Shown here piece by piece: positions 17,649 to 27,191 of a DNA stretch of 64,000 bases. Location: the IMG/VR virus record IMGVR_UViG_3300037247_001602, positions 1-64,000 of that record; one strand, 5' to 3'. The position numbers and the translations under genes are program-made. Under the pieces are notes generated by a model that worked only from the letters and a program-made list of their open reading frames with translations, searched no databases and was not told the origin of the DNA. Numbering within the stretch: position 1 is the stretch's first letter; each line of letters opens with the position of its first letter. The stretch comes from a virus.

Positions 17649-18413
17649 CTAAGTTACACTGAGAAGATGAATAAATTGGCTTGTCCGGTCATTCGTGATC
17701 GGCTCTTCGGTGTACCAAACATGCTGATGACTTCGGTCCATGACGATGGTGGCGCTTTCTGGGATCGCTATCACCGCCGATTGGGCGTCTTCGTGCTCGC
17801 ACGAAATCATGATTTTGTCCTTCGATTTTCTGATCTTTTTGCAGGTGAGAGGGCCATTGTCGCCAGTTCTCTCGATCTTTTTTCCCTCGAAGTCAGCCTT
17901 GAATCTCTTAGCAAGATCGATCGCTGGATATGTTTGGACAAATCCTTTCAGGACGAATCCCGTGGCTGCTTGAAGAATATCGAGTTCTTCCTGGGCCTTG
18001 ATTTCGGGATCAGTTTTCTCAAACCCATAGAATGGGCGATGCCTTAGAAGTCCGTGCATATCGGTCTTGACAGTGAGCTTCACGGGTTTTCCGCCAGATC
18101 GCCCAGCCAACGTGATTTCAATATCCGATGGATTCAGACCATGGACAGAAGTTGGAGTTGGCAATTCCCGGTCATCTCCACCCTGTTGCAGTTTCTCGTT
18201 CAGTTCCAGAACTAAGGTTTTGTGCGCATCCAGAGTCCTGAGATTCGATTCTTTCGAGAGTTTGTGCAGTTCAAAATTCTCGCTATCTCCTGCATCCAGC
18301 GCCTCTTGTATCTTCGTGTTGATTTCTTTGATATTTTCCTGGGACGCCTTCATGCGCTCGATCGCCTCTTCTTTCACGGATTTGAACATGTCAGTGAATG
18401 TTGGAGCTGGCAA
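17649..18413 (-). CDS. Hypothetical protein; stop codon abuts the ncRNA array
   Basis: 254 aa, GGAGG RBS, N-terminal coiled coil. Confidence 0.7.
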   Translation of the reverse strand: MPAPTFTDMFKSVKEEAIERMKASQENIKEINTKIQEALDAGDSENFELHKLSKESNLRTLDAHKTLVLELNEKLQQGGDDRELPTPTSVHGLNPSDIEITLAGRSGGKPVKLTVKTDMHGLLRHRPFYGFEKTDPEIKAQEELDILQAATGFVLKGFVQTYPAIDLAKRFKADFEGKKIERTGDNGPLTCKKIRKSKDKIMISCEHEDAQSAVIAIPESATIVMDRSHQHVWYTEEPITNDRTSQFIHLLSVT

Positions 18414-18448
18414 GGGGATTCCTCCTTCCTAAATTTGGTTCCATATAA

Positions 18449-18455
18449 TTATACC
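18449..18455 (-). promoter_or_regulatory. GGTATAAT promoter-like motif
   Basis: Intergenic, upstream of the ORF 18413 / array / RT unit. Confidence 0.55.
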
Positions 18456-18471
18456 AGAATCAGAGGTAAGT

Positions 18472-19587
18472 CTACCCCTGACCTGGTAGCTTCTCGGGTG
18501 CAATCCAAGCGCCGTACTTGCTGACGTTCTGTGCCAGAGAGCCCGAAACACGTTGGAGTTTCTCTCTCTTTTCGACGCTCATGCCGGGATCGGTTCCAGC
18601 AATGGAGAAAATCGTGATGGCGTCGAACATGGTCCTGAGTGGATATGTTTGTAGGGCTTCCTTCACGGCTTCCTGCTGCCCTATCTCTAGCCGGTGCCTC
18701 AGAAAGATGGTTTCGAGGAATCCTTGAGGATCTTGCAGGCGAATCGTTTCGGTCGCAGCGACCAGATCAAGAGCGCTATCCATATTTCCCACGAGGTTTT
18801 CGACAGTTTTCCTGAACTCCTCTTTGAGATCATCTTTCTTCTGGAGGTGGGTTCTGCGAAGACCCACATATCCTGGGAGAATAGGGCCCGTTTTGATGGC
18901 TTCGCATAAAACGAACATCTCTAGGGCGATCGATCCAAGTCCCACTTCTGAGTTTTTGAAGCGTATTCCGCCCTTGATTTCCTGTCCATTTCCCAGCTTG
19001 CGAGTCACTTTGTCGCTAACGATTTGGCCGTATATGGCTTCTGGGCGCCATTCGAACCGGATCTTGTAGTCGAATTTGTTCGGAAGATATTGGAGGATGA
19101 ATTCTGCGATCTCTACATTCGTTACGTCTTCGAATCTCTTGCTCAAGACCGATCGGATTTCATCCCGCCCGGAATAACTATCGAAACGGACAAACCAGAT
19201 GCCTCCATGCCTCTCGGTCCATGTATTGAAATGGGCGTCCAGGCGACCGCCATCCACCTTTGTCCTTCTGCATCTGAGGAAGAAATCGACAGGGATCTTC
19301 AACTTCATACAGAGCTGGCGGATCGCAAATTTCTGAAGCGGGTAGAATGCTTCGCTCTCAGAAGGGGGAGGATCAGGTTGCTCTTGGAGTGGCTTCAGTC
19401 GATCTACTTGTATCTGGTTCAGTCGTGATTTGTGGATCAGTGCGGTTTCAGAGTTTGGATCGAGGGCAAGATCAAGGGGAGAAATATATGAATCATGAAA
19501 ATATTGTGCCCTGTCTTTCATCAGGGCAAGAAGTTCGTCAGGTAAGATCGTCTTCCCGTTCAGAGCGTATTCCCTCAAGTCGCTCAT
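18472..19587 (-). CDS. DUF932-like protein
   Basis: IRSVLSKRF..N and GIRFKNSEVGLGS resemble DUF932-family phage proteins. Confidence 0.55.
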   Translation of the reverse strand: MSDLREYALNGKTILPDELLALMKDRAQYFHDSYISPLDLALDPNSETALIHKSRLNQIQVDRLKPLQEQPDPPPSESEAFYPLQKFAIRQLCMKLKIPVDFFLRCRRTKVDGGRLDAHFNTWTERHGGIWFVRFDSYSGRDEIRSVLSKRFEDVTNVEIAEFILQYLPNKFDYKIRFEWRPEAIYGQIVSDKVTRKLGNGQEIKGGIRFKNSEVGLGSIALEMFVLCEAIKTGPILPGYVGLRRTHLQKKDDLKEEFRKTVENLVGNMDSALDLVAATETIRLQDPQGFLETIFLRHRLEIGQQEAVKEALQTYPLRTMFDAITIFSIAGTDPGMSVEKREKLQRVSGSLAQNVSKYGAWIAPEKLPGQG

Positions 19588-20224
19588 TTCGAGTCTCCTG
19601 CTGTTCCAGCAATTTTTTGTGTTCCGCCTCCAGAGTATCTGTGATTGACTGGACTGTCTTCAATACGGCCACGCATTCCTCCATCGTGATACATTTGCGG
19701 AGTTGACTGAGATATTCCTTTCTCTGATAATCCAGGAATTCGAGATCGAGGTGTTCTCTTTGCAGAAGCATCGACGCCTCAATGATCCTATCGAATTCCT
19801 CCGTGAATGCAACAGTGATGCTTTCGATTGTGTCGTAATCAGCATCGTTGTATCGAGAGTATCGGGTGCTGTCCTCTTCTTCGAGGTTGAGCTTGATGAT
19901 CTTCGACGCATTGGCTATTGCCAGAGCCTCGGCTTGGAGGTCTTTCGCCTCCTCGTGGATCTCTTTCGCCTTTTCGAATTTCTGCTTCGCCTTTTTGGCG
20001 ACCGCCGTGGCTGTATCGATGACCTCTTGGACCCCAAGTGATTCTTTGACGATCTCTCGAATTTCCATCTTCTTGGCTTCGCAGCGCTTTCTGAGAAGGT
20101 CTCCAAGCTGGACGAATATCGATTTGAATTCGGGGAGATAGATATTTTCCATTTGTCTGACGCCCACCTTGCGCCCTCGCGGGCGCGTTACTTCTTGAAT
20201 CTCCTCCTTTTCATCCATTGTCAT
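19538..20224 (-). CDS. Hypothetical coiled-coil protein
   Basis: 228 aa charged helical ORF in co-directional operon. Confidence 0.6.
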   Translation of the reverse strand: MTMDEKEEIQEVTRPRGRKVGVRQMENIYLPEFKSIFVQLGDLLRKRCEAKKMEIREIVKESLGVQEVIDTATAVAKKAKQKFEKAKEIHEEAKDLQAEALAIANASKIIKLNLEEEDSTRYSRYNDADYDTIESITVAFTEEFDRIIEASMLLQREHLDLEFLDYQRKEYLSQLRKCITMEECVAVLKTVQSITDTLEAEHKKLLEQQETRNERLEGIRSEREDDLT

Positions 20225-20522
20225 CTCCCCCGGAAATTCCCAGAAGAATCATCAATCCAGCAACTTCTTGCGTAAGAGCGTCTCTATGTCGTTTGCATTT
20301 CAATTGGAAGTCGAGTAGATAATCGGCAAGACCGATCCTGTTAATCAGCGGATGATTGTTGTGACTCCATTTGCTGGTCAGTGATGCCTCCAGCTCCCGG
20401 TAAAATGTCGCCTGTCTCGTAGCTACTTTCAGGCGGATCTCCTGCTCTCGGTAGCGCCCCTTCATCGTGTTCTCGTCCGATTCCTGTCTCTTGACCCTCT
20501 TCTTGACTCTTTTGGCCACCAT
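20211..20522 (-). CDS. Hypothetical protein
   Basis: GGAGG RBS; overlaps the tail of the upstream ORF. Confidence 0.5.
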   Translation of the reverse strand: MVAKRVKKRVKRQESDENTMKGRYREQEIRLKVATRQATFYRELEASLTSKWSHNNHPLINRIGLADYLLDFQLKCKRHRDALTQEVAGLMILLGISGGDDNG

Positions 20523-20940
20523 CAGTTCCCTCCAGTTCTCGTCCCTGAATCTGCGCCAGTAGTTTCTGTTTCGCCTCTTGCAGTTCAGGTGGAGTATATC
20601 CGCACTTCTTGCAGTGCTCTACCCTTGTATTAGGATAGACCACTTGGCACTGTGGGCATGTGTCGAATCCGAATTTCTCCGTCAGTGCTTCGAAGTCTTC
20701 GATCAGATTTTGCACGTCGGCTTTTACTTGTGCCGGCTTCAGATCTCGGACGATAAATGTTGGGGAGAAATAGCATTCAATCCCATCGTACTCGAAAATG
20801 AATCCGATGAGTCTTTGAGACATTTCCGTGAGAGTAAATCCGAAGTTCTCTTTCGCAAGGAAGTTGGCCAGATCGTTTGTTGCTGATTCTCCAGAGAATG
20901 TATGTTCCTTCCCGCCATGCGTGAACTTAATGAGAGGCAT
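20341..20940 (-). CDS. Hypothetical Zn-ribbon protein
   Basis: CPQC..CKKC; GGTATAAG motif upstream at 20973-20979. Confidence 0.55.
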   Translation of the reverse strand: MPLIKFTHGGKEHTFSGESATNDLANFLAKENFGFTLTEMSQRLIGFIFEYDGIECYFSPTFIVRDLKPAQVKADVQNLIEDFEALTEKFGFDTCPQCQVVYPNTRVEHCKKCGYTPPELQEAKQKLLAQIQGRELEGTDGGQKSQEEGQETGIGREHDEGALPRAGDPPESSYETGDILPGAGGITDQQMESQQSSAD

Positions 20941-20972
20941 AAAGTCCCCTTTCTAGATTTGCCACGGTTCTC

Positions 20973-21167
20973 TTATACCCGGTTTATCGGGGGCAGATTG
21001 GACTCATCCAGGCGTTCGAATTCAGAGTGATCCTCTTGAACGCCATCCTCTATGACTGATTCACATTCAAGACATATGACTTTGTAAAGATCGAATAGAG
21101 GGCCGTTTTCGGTGACCTGTTTTGTCTCCACAGTTTTCTTGCAACGTGGGCAGTGTCTATTGGGCAT
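20973..21167 (-). CDS. Small Zn-ribbon protein
   Basis: CPRC..CLEC. Confidence 0.55.
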   Translation of the reverse strand: MPNRHCPRCKKTVETKQVTENGPLFDLYKVICLECESVIEDGVQEDHSEFERLDESNLPPINRV

Positions 21168-21618
21168 CTTGAGCCGCCTTTGCTATGCATCCGCAGAGAA
21201 GACCTCCCTGATCATTCCTCGAATAAGCCATGTCGCAATGCGGGCAGAATCCATGCTTGAGTGCGGGCTCGACGATCCTGTAGATCGTAAATGCGCTGCC
21301 CTCGATGGCCTCACACCACATCTCCGGGTTCGTGAAACTGCGAATGCTAAATTGGAACTCATTTGTCTGAACAGGGATACCATCCACATCGACACCAATC
21401 CATACGATTGCCTTCTGGTAATGATGATGACCTATTGTGATCGTTTTTTCTTTCTTTGATGCCCAGGATGTTGCCCGAAATTCCACCTGCCAATCCGAAA
21501 GATGGAAAATCAATCTACCGTTCGAATTGATACTATTGAGGCGAAGAAGTTCGAAAACGCGAAATCGAATTGGGCTCACGATTTCGGTATCGAGATATTT
21601 CTCGTGATCATGGGCCAT
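21157..21618 (-). CDS. Hypothetical protein with C-terminal Cys motif
   Basis: CPHC..CGC; coupled to neighbours. Confidence 0.55.
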   Translation of the reverse strand: MAHDHEKYLDTEIVSPIRFRVFELLRLNSINSNGRLIFHLSDWQVEFRATSWASKKEKTITIGHHHYQKAIVWIGVDVDGIPVQTNEFQFSIRSFTNPEMWCEAIEGSAFTIYRIVEPALKHGFCPHCDMAYSRNDQGGLLCGCIAKAAQDAQ

Positions 21619-22091
21619 TAGTTCGACTCCTCGTCATCATTCCCAAATAGGCGCCCGCCGCGCCTCTTCTTGCGCATCGCATCCTCGCTGGGATCAGCGG
21701 CGCCGCCTTGATGTTGTGGCGGAAGAGGGCCACCGCCAGATACCAGAATTCCCATCCCCTGTCCATTGTTCAAATTCTTGATCGCCTCCTGCGCTTCCTG
21801 ATCACAAAGCGGACACTTGCCCTTCTCCCATGCAACCACAACCTTCTTTTCCGCGTTAAAGCTGAGATGGCATGCGCCATACACGGCCTGTTCGTTTTCT
21901 TTACCGAGATTCCCGATCGACTCCCTGGCTTCGTTCCAGGTCTCGGTGAATTTGAGCTGTTGTTTCTGACCTAACTGCTGCAATTCGTCCTGCTTTTTCT
22001 GAAGCTGGATCTTCATCTCATCGAGTTCTGCGAATGCCTTGGCGATTTGTGGGTCGCAAGGCCATTCTCTCATAGGTTTTGGTTGGGACAT
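21618..22091 (-). CDS. Hypothetical protein (start MSQPK)
   Basis: GGAGAG before ATG 22091. Confidence 0.5.
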   Translation of the reverse strand: MSQPKPMREWPCDPQIAKAFAELDEMKIQLQKKQDELQQLGQKQQLKFTETWNEARESIGNLGKENEQAVYGACHLSFNAEKKVVVAWEKGKCPLCDQEAQEAIKNLNNGQGMGILVSGGGPLPPQHQGGAADPSEDAMRKKRRGGRLFGNDDEESN

Positions 22092-22104
22092 GGGACTCTC
22101 CCTC

Positions 22105-22293
22105 TCAGGATTTCTTCTTCCTCTGATCGTGTTTCTTGAGAACACGATCGATTGCGTCATATTCTTGCTTATACCGTTTATATTCTGCCTGCGCGCCACG
22201 CTGGGATGCGCTGTCCATATTCTTCTGAAGAAGCGCCTTCTTGCGCCTAAGCGCAGAGACTTCCTTAAGCTCCTCCTTGATCGCCATTATCAC
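22105..22293 (-). CDS. Small basic coiled-coil protein
   Basis: GGAGG RBS. Confidence 0.45.
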   Translation of the reverse strand: MIMAIKEELKEVSALRRKKALLQKNMDSASQRGAQAEYKRYKQEYDAIDRVLKKHDQRKKKS

Positions 22294-22370
22294 CCTCCTC
22301 GTTCATCAGTTCCAGGCAATGTCCCGCAGCCTCCATTAGCTCGCGGATTTCTTCCATCAATCGGTTGCGT

Positions 22371-22820
22371 TTATTCAGTGCCCTCTGCGTCCTCGATGTT
22401 TTCTTCGGTTTGTTCCAGGGGTTCTCCAGTTGCGTTTTCCGGCGATCGATCCCAATCTGTCCCACCTTCAAACGAAATTGAATCATCTTGTCTACTTTCG
22501 TCAGATGAGTCTTCTTCGTCTTCAATGATTGTTGAATGGAGGAGAGCATGTCCAAAGCTTCCTTCCTGGTACGCGGTCTCTGTATCTTCGCCATCCGGTT
22601 CTCCAACATGCTTGAATCCAACTTGCATACCAGCGACTTCGTCCATGAGATCTTGTATGTAAGCCATGAGGGTTTTCTTCTTCGATCGCAGCTCCTTTAT
22701 CAAATCCGCGCCTTCTGCCGAGGCAACAGCATTTTCGAGTTCTTTCTCCAGCGCTTCCGCATCCTCGCGGAGGGCTTCCAATTCTTCCTTCTTTTCTTCA
22801 ATTTGGGTTTGGAGAATCAT
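22371..22820 (-). CDS. Acidic coiled-coil protein
   Basis: ATGA overlap with upstream ORF; D/E-rich C-terminus. Confidence 0.55.
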   Translation of the reverse strand: MILQTQIEEKKEELEALREDAEALEKELENAVASAEGADLIKELRSKKKTLMAYIQDLMDEVAGMQVGFKHVGEPDGEDTETAYQEGSFGHALLHSTIIEDEEDSSDESRQDDSISFEGGTDWDRSPENATGEPLEQTEENIEDAEGTE

Positions 22821-23077
22821 ATCTGATCCTCTGATTCTTGCCAGGGGCGCCGGAACTCGACTTCTAAGCAATCGGCCAAATCATCTACGAATTCTTTCGA
22901 CTCCCTGAGTCCCCAGCGCGTTATTTTCCGGGTCTCTTTAATGGCGAAGATTCTTGGGTAATATCTGTTTCTTGTGGGCTGTGCGGCAGCATTATATATG
23001 ATGATGGAGATCTGTCTTTCAAGATCGTCCAAGAGAAACCACAATATTCGTTTCCCCAAACTAGTCTCATTAGCCAA
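22817..23077 (-). CDS. Protein with ribosomal L7/L12 C-terminal-like motif
   Basis: IFAIKETRKITRWGLRESKEFVD resembles bL12 CTD (VIKAVR.ITGLGLKEAK.LVE). Confidence 0.55.
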   Translation of the reverse strand: MANETSLGKRILWFLLDDLERQISIIIYNAAAQPTRNRYYPRIFAIKETRKITRWGLRESKEFVDDLADCLEVEFRRPWQESEDQI

Positions 23078-23390
23078 GTTTCCTCTCCGCCTTTTGTTGT
23101 TCTGAGTTGATTCCCTTGTTCAGGTCCTGGAGCTGCTTGATTTTGTCCTCGATCTTATCGTTGATCCCGCGAATTTCAGACTGCAGCTCTTCGCGAAGAG
23201 CTTCGTGGACCGGCTGCTCCTTTCTTTCTGAATCTAGTTCTATTTGCCCAATGGCGTGCTCAACGCGCCCTCGCTCCCTTCGTAGGGACTCCAGGTCGTG
23301 TTCCATGCGCACGCGTGTCATGAGATTCGGAATCGTTTTCTCTTCTGGCGCATCGTCAATTTTTGTTTCCCGTACCTGAGCCATTTTCAT
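23070..23390 (-). CDS. Hypothetical coiled-coil protein
   Basis: AGGAGG RBS; GGTATAAT motif at 23415-23421. Confidence 0.6.
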   Translation of the reverse strand: MKMAQVRETKIDDAPEEKTIPNLMTRVRMEHDLESLRRERGRVEHAIGQIELDSERKEQPVHEALREELQSEIRGINDKIEDKIKQLQDLNKGINSEQQKAERKLG

Positions 23391-23434
23391 CCTCCTTAAA
23401 ATGGTCCCCTAGTATTATACCAGTTTCGCCGGCT

Positions 23435-23459
23435 AAAAAAAGGAGCAGAGCTCCTTTTT
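23435..23459 (-). terminator. Intrinsic, possibly bidirectional, terminator
   Basis: AAAAAAAGGAGC-AGA-GCTCCTTTTT. Confidence 0.7.
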
Positions 23460-23555
23460 ATAAAATTTGGTGGGGCGCCCAGTCATCTCCGTCGTGGGCG
23501 CCCCGGTGTGGAAGCATTGTAAACAGCTTTTGCCAAGGTGTTAGGTTAGCTTGAA

Positions 23556-23650
23556 ACCGGCGCTCTACCACTGAGCTACCTGCCCCCTAGGCACTCTGTA
23601 TTTTCAAAGTATCTAGAGGGCAGGGCGGGATTCGAACCCGCGCCTCCGAT
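23556..23650 (-). ncRNA. Circularly permuted tRNA-like element 1
   Basis: Order on - strand: T arm GCGGG-TTCGAAT-CCCGC, acceptor 3' CCTGCCC, linker, acceptor 5' GGGCAGG, TA, D arm GCTC-AGTGGTA-GAGC. Confidence 0.8.
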
Positions 23651-23777
23651 CGATGTGCAAGCGGTCATCGATTATCAGTCGAGTGCTTGCAGGTGTAGCA
23701 CCTGGCTACTAGCTGATACTCCCGGATCAGCTTTCGAGCGACAGCTTCATCTTCATAAGGAATGATGACGTAGGCAG

Positions 23778-23853
23778 CGGCGCGCTCTATCCAATTGAGC
23801 TACCCTGCCATCTTAGTAAGGCAGGGGAAGGATTCGAACCTCCATCTACGCAT
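23778..23853 (-). ncRNA. Circularly permuted tRNA-like element 2
   Basis: GGAGG-TTCGAAT-CCTTC, CCCTGCC, 10-nt loop, GGCAGGG, TA, GCTC-AATTGGATA-GAGC. Confidence 0.8.
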
Positions 23854-23894
23854 TCGATGCCCGTTTAGCTTAAGCTTATGCTCGAATGCCTAGA

Positions 23895-24650
23895 CTACCT
23901 CGTGAGAGGTATTCCGTCAAATAAGTATTCGAAAATTTGTTTCGAAATTGTGGATGTAGAGTGCTTGATCTTGTTCGCTTCGGAGCGAGCCTTCTTCACG
24001 GCCTGTTGGAGCCGATCCAGCTTCCTCAGAAGACCGATCTTCTGCTTGATCGTGATCATTCCAGAATGCCGCTCAGTGGTATAGAAGCCGACTCGAACAT
24101 CCTCCTGCCATTTCTCGATCTGCGGGGGATGGTGCTCGTCGCCCTCAAACATGACCTTGTGCTGGAGTTCTTTCCTCGTGCGATACGTGATTTCGGGTTT
24201 GGATTTCCAAGTTCCAGCACCTTGCTGGCCATCCTCTTCCCATTGGTGCTTCCCATCGAGGACGGGGATCTCGTCGAGGACAGTGCGCATTGATTCGATG
24301 TGCTTTTCGAGCTGAAGAAGGAATGTCGCCGGGGCGTTTTCCAGCTTGAATCCGCCAACTTCTACGGTCGCCTGGGCTTGTGTGTTTGTCTCGCACATCT
24401 GCAACTCTGCATCCAGAAATGGTGAAAACATGTCTTGGAAGTGAGCCAGCTCTTCTCCGACAGTCAGGACCATCGGGACGTGCTCCGGCTGCTCTTCCTG
24501 GCCACCCTCTTGGGTAGGCCTATAGGTTTTCTGGTGACCGCCGAATTGATGCTGTCTGTTCTTGAATGTGGATTTCGTATTATTGAGAGCTTTGTTCCCG
24601 GTGCCCTTCACGCTTGGGAATACCGCCACAAGAGCATGCATCTCGCTCAC
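23895..24650 (-). CDS. Hypothetical protein directly upstream of the tRNA-mimic RNA
   Basis: GTG at 24650 with AGGAGG RBS; PATFLLQLEK, VGFYTTERHSG, KARSEAN. Confidence 0.7.
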   Translation of the reverse strand: MSEMHALVAVFPSVKGTGNKALNNTKSTFKNRQHQFGGHQKTYRPTQEGGQEEQPEHVPMVLTVGEELAHFQDMFSPFLDAELQMCETNTQAQATVEVGGFKLENAPATFLLQLEKHIESMRTVLDEIPVLDGKHQWEEDGQQGAGTWKSKPEITYRTRKELQHKVMFEGDEHHPPQIEKWQEDVRVGFYTTERHSGMITIKQKIGLLRKLDRLQQAVKKARSEANKIKHSTSTISKQIFEYLFDGIPLTR

Positions 24651-24739
24651 GACTGTCCTCCTAGTGGAAAAGTGCGGGCAGGGAAAATAGATCCCTGCCC
24701 GCGTTGAATAGCTGCCTGCCCCGAGCGCAGGCAACCAGG

Positions 24740-26170
24740 TTAGACGAAGTTGAAGATTTCGCCGGCATTCGCCATGCCGCTTTCTTCCTGAATGTCGGCT
24801 GCGCGAATCGTCATACCATTCGAGAATTTCTTCAAGGTATCTTCGTGGTGACTTTTCCAGCCGCCGCTGTGATGAGAATACGGATCGATGATCACGGAGA
24901 AAACCGTGACTTCTTTCTCATCTCGCCATTCGATGAACTCCTTCAGCCAGCCATCGCTCACATCGCAGATACCATCTGAGATCATCACAATGTCAGCTTT
25001 CGGGTGATCATCATCAATGACCTTTGCGGCGAGATCCAGCGGCCTTTCGAAGTCTGTGCCTCCTCCGAAGAAGAATTCTGCGAAATCGATCACCTGAAAA
25101 ACCGAGTAATTGTTCCAGTCGAACGTGAATACTCTGGTTTCGCTCGCGCTGCCGAAGTGGATTCCGGCAAACTGCCTTCTCTGCAAGACGCAGATCTCCA
25201 GCAATCCTAGAGCGACTGCCTTGGCCCAAATCTCGGGTTCGCCGCTCATTGAGCCAGAATTGTCAATACATGTGACAATCGGTCCCTTTGTTTCCTTCAT
25301 GCGATCGCGTAGCGCAAACTGAAGGACCTCTTTCTTGAGGATTTTCTCGTAGAGTTCCAGCTTCAGAGACGGATGGCTCATCAGGCTGAGTTCCGAATCC
25401 AGCATCCGATCGATATTGTCTCCAGTCTCGACGGAGTAGATTTCCTCGGCTCCCTTCTTGACTTTGGTTCTCTGCGTGCTGACGGCCAGATTTTTGAACC
25501 GGCCAACCAGTTTGGCTAGCTGCCGCAGTTTATCGGATTTGTGGATTCTCTTTGCGAGCTTGATCTTGTCGCTGTGCGTGAGCCGCTGAGCCGTTCCCGC
25601 CCCGGTCCCCCAGGATAGTACGGCCTCTTCCATTTCGCGGCATTCTTTCGATGCTCCCTGTAGTGCGTCCTTGATGGCCTTTCCCAACTTTTTGGGATCT
25701 GGCTTTCTCTTCTTCGGGTCGTCGGGTGGATCGCCCTTCTTGCGTCTCTGGCGAGGCATCTTCTTTACATCTGGGAGCATATCCACCACGCCTTTTGTCA
25801 GCGTAAGTGTTGCGAGAGATGCGTTAAACTCGTCGAGCTTTGTGAAGGACCTGAGTTTTTTGTACGTGTCGTCGTCCAGCATGCCTTTGATGATCTCCCA
25901 GTTGGTTTCCCAGCCGGGCTTCATCTGCCTGGACGGAGTTTCTCTTGGTACGTTTTTGTAGAGAGCGTCGAAAATGTCTTGATGGAGATCAGGAAAGGTT
26001 GGATATTTTGCCTTGTGTTCCTTCTCCTGATCCTTCAGATCCTTCGATTGCCTCTTGACGCTCTGGAACTGGAATTCGTCGAATCGATTACATTCGATCG
26101 CATTCTTTTCGAATGTTTGGCGCTTCTTGCCGCGAATTTTGACTCCGTGGTCTTCTACGTTGGACGCCAT
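24740..26170 (-). CDS. VWA-domain protein (ViaA-like)
   Basis: MIDAS CIDNSGSM, GGGTDF, MISDG; near MoxR ATPase. Confidence 0.85.
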   Translation of the reverse strand: MASNVEDHGVKIRGKKRQTFEKNAIECNRFDEFQFQSVKRQSKDLKDQEKEHKAKYPTFPDLHQDIFDALYKNVPRETPSRQMKPGWETNWEIIKGMLDDDTYKKLRSFTKLDEFNASLATLTLTKGVVDMLPDVKKMPRQRRKKGDPPDDPKKRKPDPKKLGKAIKDALQGASKECREMEEAVLSWGTGAGTAQRLTHSDKIKLAKRIHKSDKLRQLAKLVGRFKNLAVSTQRTKVKKGAEEIYSVETGDNIDRMLDSELSLMSHPSLKLELYEKILKKEVLQFALRDRMKETKGPIVTCIDNSGSMSGEPEIWAKAVALGLLEICVLQRRQFAGIHFGSASETRVFTFDWNNYSVFQVIDFAEFFFGGGTDFERPLDLAAKVIDDDHPKADIVMISDGICDVSDGWLKEFIEWRDEKEVTVFSVIIDPYSHHSGGWKSHHEDTLKKFSNGMTIRAADIQEESGMANAGEIFNFV

Positions 26171-27129
26171 AGTCTACCTTTCTGGTAGCAGTCCCTCATT
26201 TTCTCTCGTGGAATCTGATTCTCTGGCTTCACGGTCGTTTCTGGACAATCTCTCAGCCAGTGCCAGGCTATTTTCTCATAAGGGTCATAATTTCGGAGAA
26301 CCTTTCCATTTCTTCCCCAAATCAATGGTTCACCCCGGCAACTGGTGATTGGGATTCGTAAACTTGCCTCATCCATGGCTCCGATGAAATACATTCCGCA
26401 ACCACGAGGATCTCCGCGATTCAGTTTGGCAAGTCCCATGGTCTCGTCGAGCTCTAAACAATAGATTCTCTTTCGTCCTGATTGGCCGGTGACGAAGCGA
26501 ACCGTGTTGCCTATTCTTCCTATACCATAAATCCAGCGCTTATTGCGCAGGGGACCGAGGGCGGAATTGAAGTATCGATGCTTGATCGCGGATTCTTCAT
26601 ATTCACGGAAAATGTCCCAGGCAGATACTCGCAGCAGAGCCGTCCATGGATCGACGACATCTTCCCATACGTAAGAGGCGAGATAATCGGGAATGCGACG
26701 CTTCTTTTTCTTGTCCGTTCCACCCCAATGGCGCTTCGGCCAAACGCTCCGTGCTTTCTGAAATAGCCGATAGTAGTCGCATTTGAATACATGGTCTTCC
26801 CCGCGATAGCGTATTTTCGCAGTCCAGGCCCCATCCATGCTAAAGTGCAAAGGTCCAATCTGATGAAATACTTCGACGATCTCCTGATCGTCCATACGGG
26901 TTTTGGTCCTAAGCCTCTTCTGCCGAGCAGCATGTTGGCGAAGCTCCTTATTTGCCTGCTCGATCTTGGACATTGTGTCTTTCAGAATGCGCTGATCCCT
27001 TTGGTTGTCCGATGCCTCCTGAATCATTTTGTCTCTTTGGGCAGATAGAACCTGAACGTCAGCTCTGGAGATCTCTATGTTGCATTGGCATCTTTCGAAT
27101 TCTATTTCTCGGGCCTCGCCAATCTTCAT
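26155..27129 (-). CDS. Hypothetical protein
   Basis: 324 aa ORF between the MoxR and VWA genes, GGAGAGG RBS. Confidence 0.6.
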   Translation of the reverse strand: MKIGEAREIEFERCQCNIEISRADVQVLSAQRDKMIQEASDNQRDQRILKDTMSKIEQANKELRQHAARQKRLRTKTRMDDQEIVEVFHQIGPLHFSMDGAWTAKIRYRGEDHVFKCDYYRLFQKARSVWPKRHWGGTDKKKKRRIPDYLASYVWEDVVDPWTALLRVSAWDIFREYEESAIKHRYFNSALGPLRNKRWIYGIGRIGNTVRFVTGQSGRKRIYCLELDETMGLAKLNRGDPRGCGMYFIGAMDEASLRIPITSCRGEPLIWGRNGKVLRNYDPYEKIAWHWLRDCPETTVKPENQIPREKMRDCYQKGRLWRPT

Positions 27130-27191
27130 GGACCTCTCCCCAGCAAAAGAAAATGGGCCGGGACAGATTTCTCTGCCCCGGCCCTCGCCAG

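Noticed and set aside
16144-17662. Short ORFs over the array (16144-16494, 16242-16448, 16719-16901, 17402-17662)
   Set aside because: No convincing RBS or protein-like composition; the region is better explained as structured ncRNA.
23556-23853. Conventional or intron-split tRNA gene
   Set aside because: The 5' half of element 2 (GGCAGGG) does not pair in register with the 3' half of element 1 (CCTGCCC), whereas each permuted pairing is 7/7; no intact anticodon loop or CCA.
24740-26170. TROVE/Ro60 partner of the tRNA mimics
   Set aside because: Motifs and pairing with a MoxR ATPase fit ViaA-like VWA proteins; no TROVE domain is evident.
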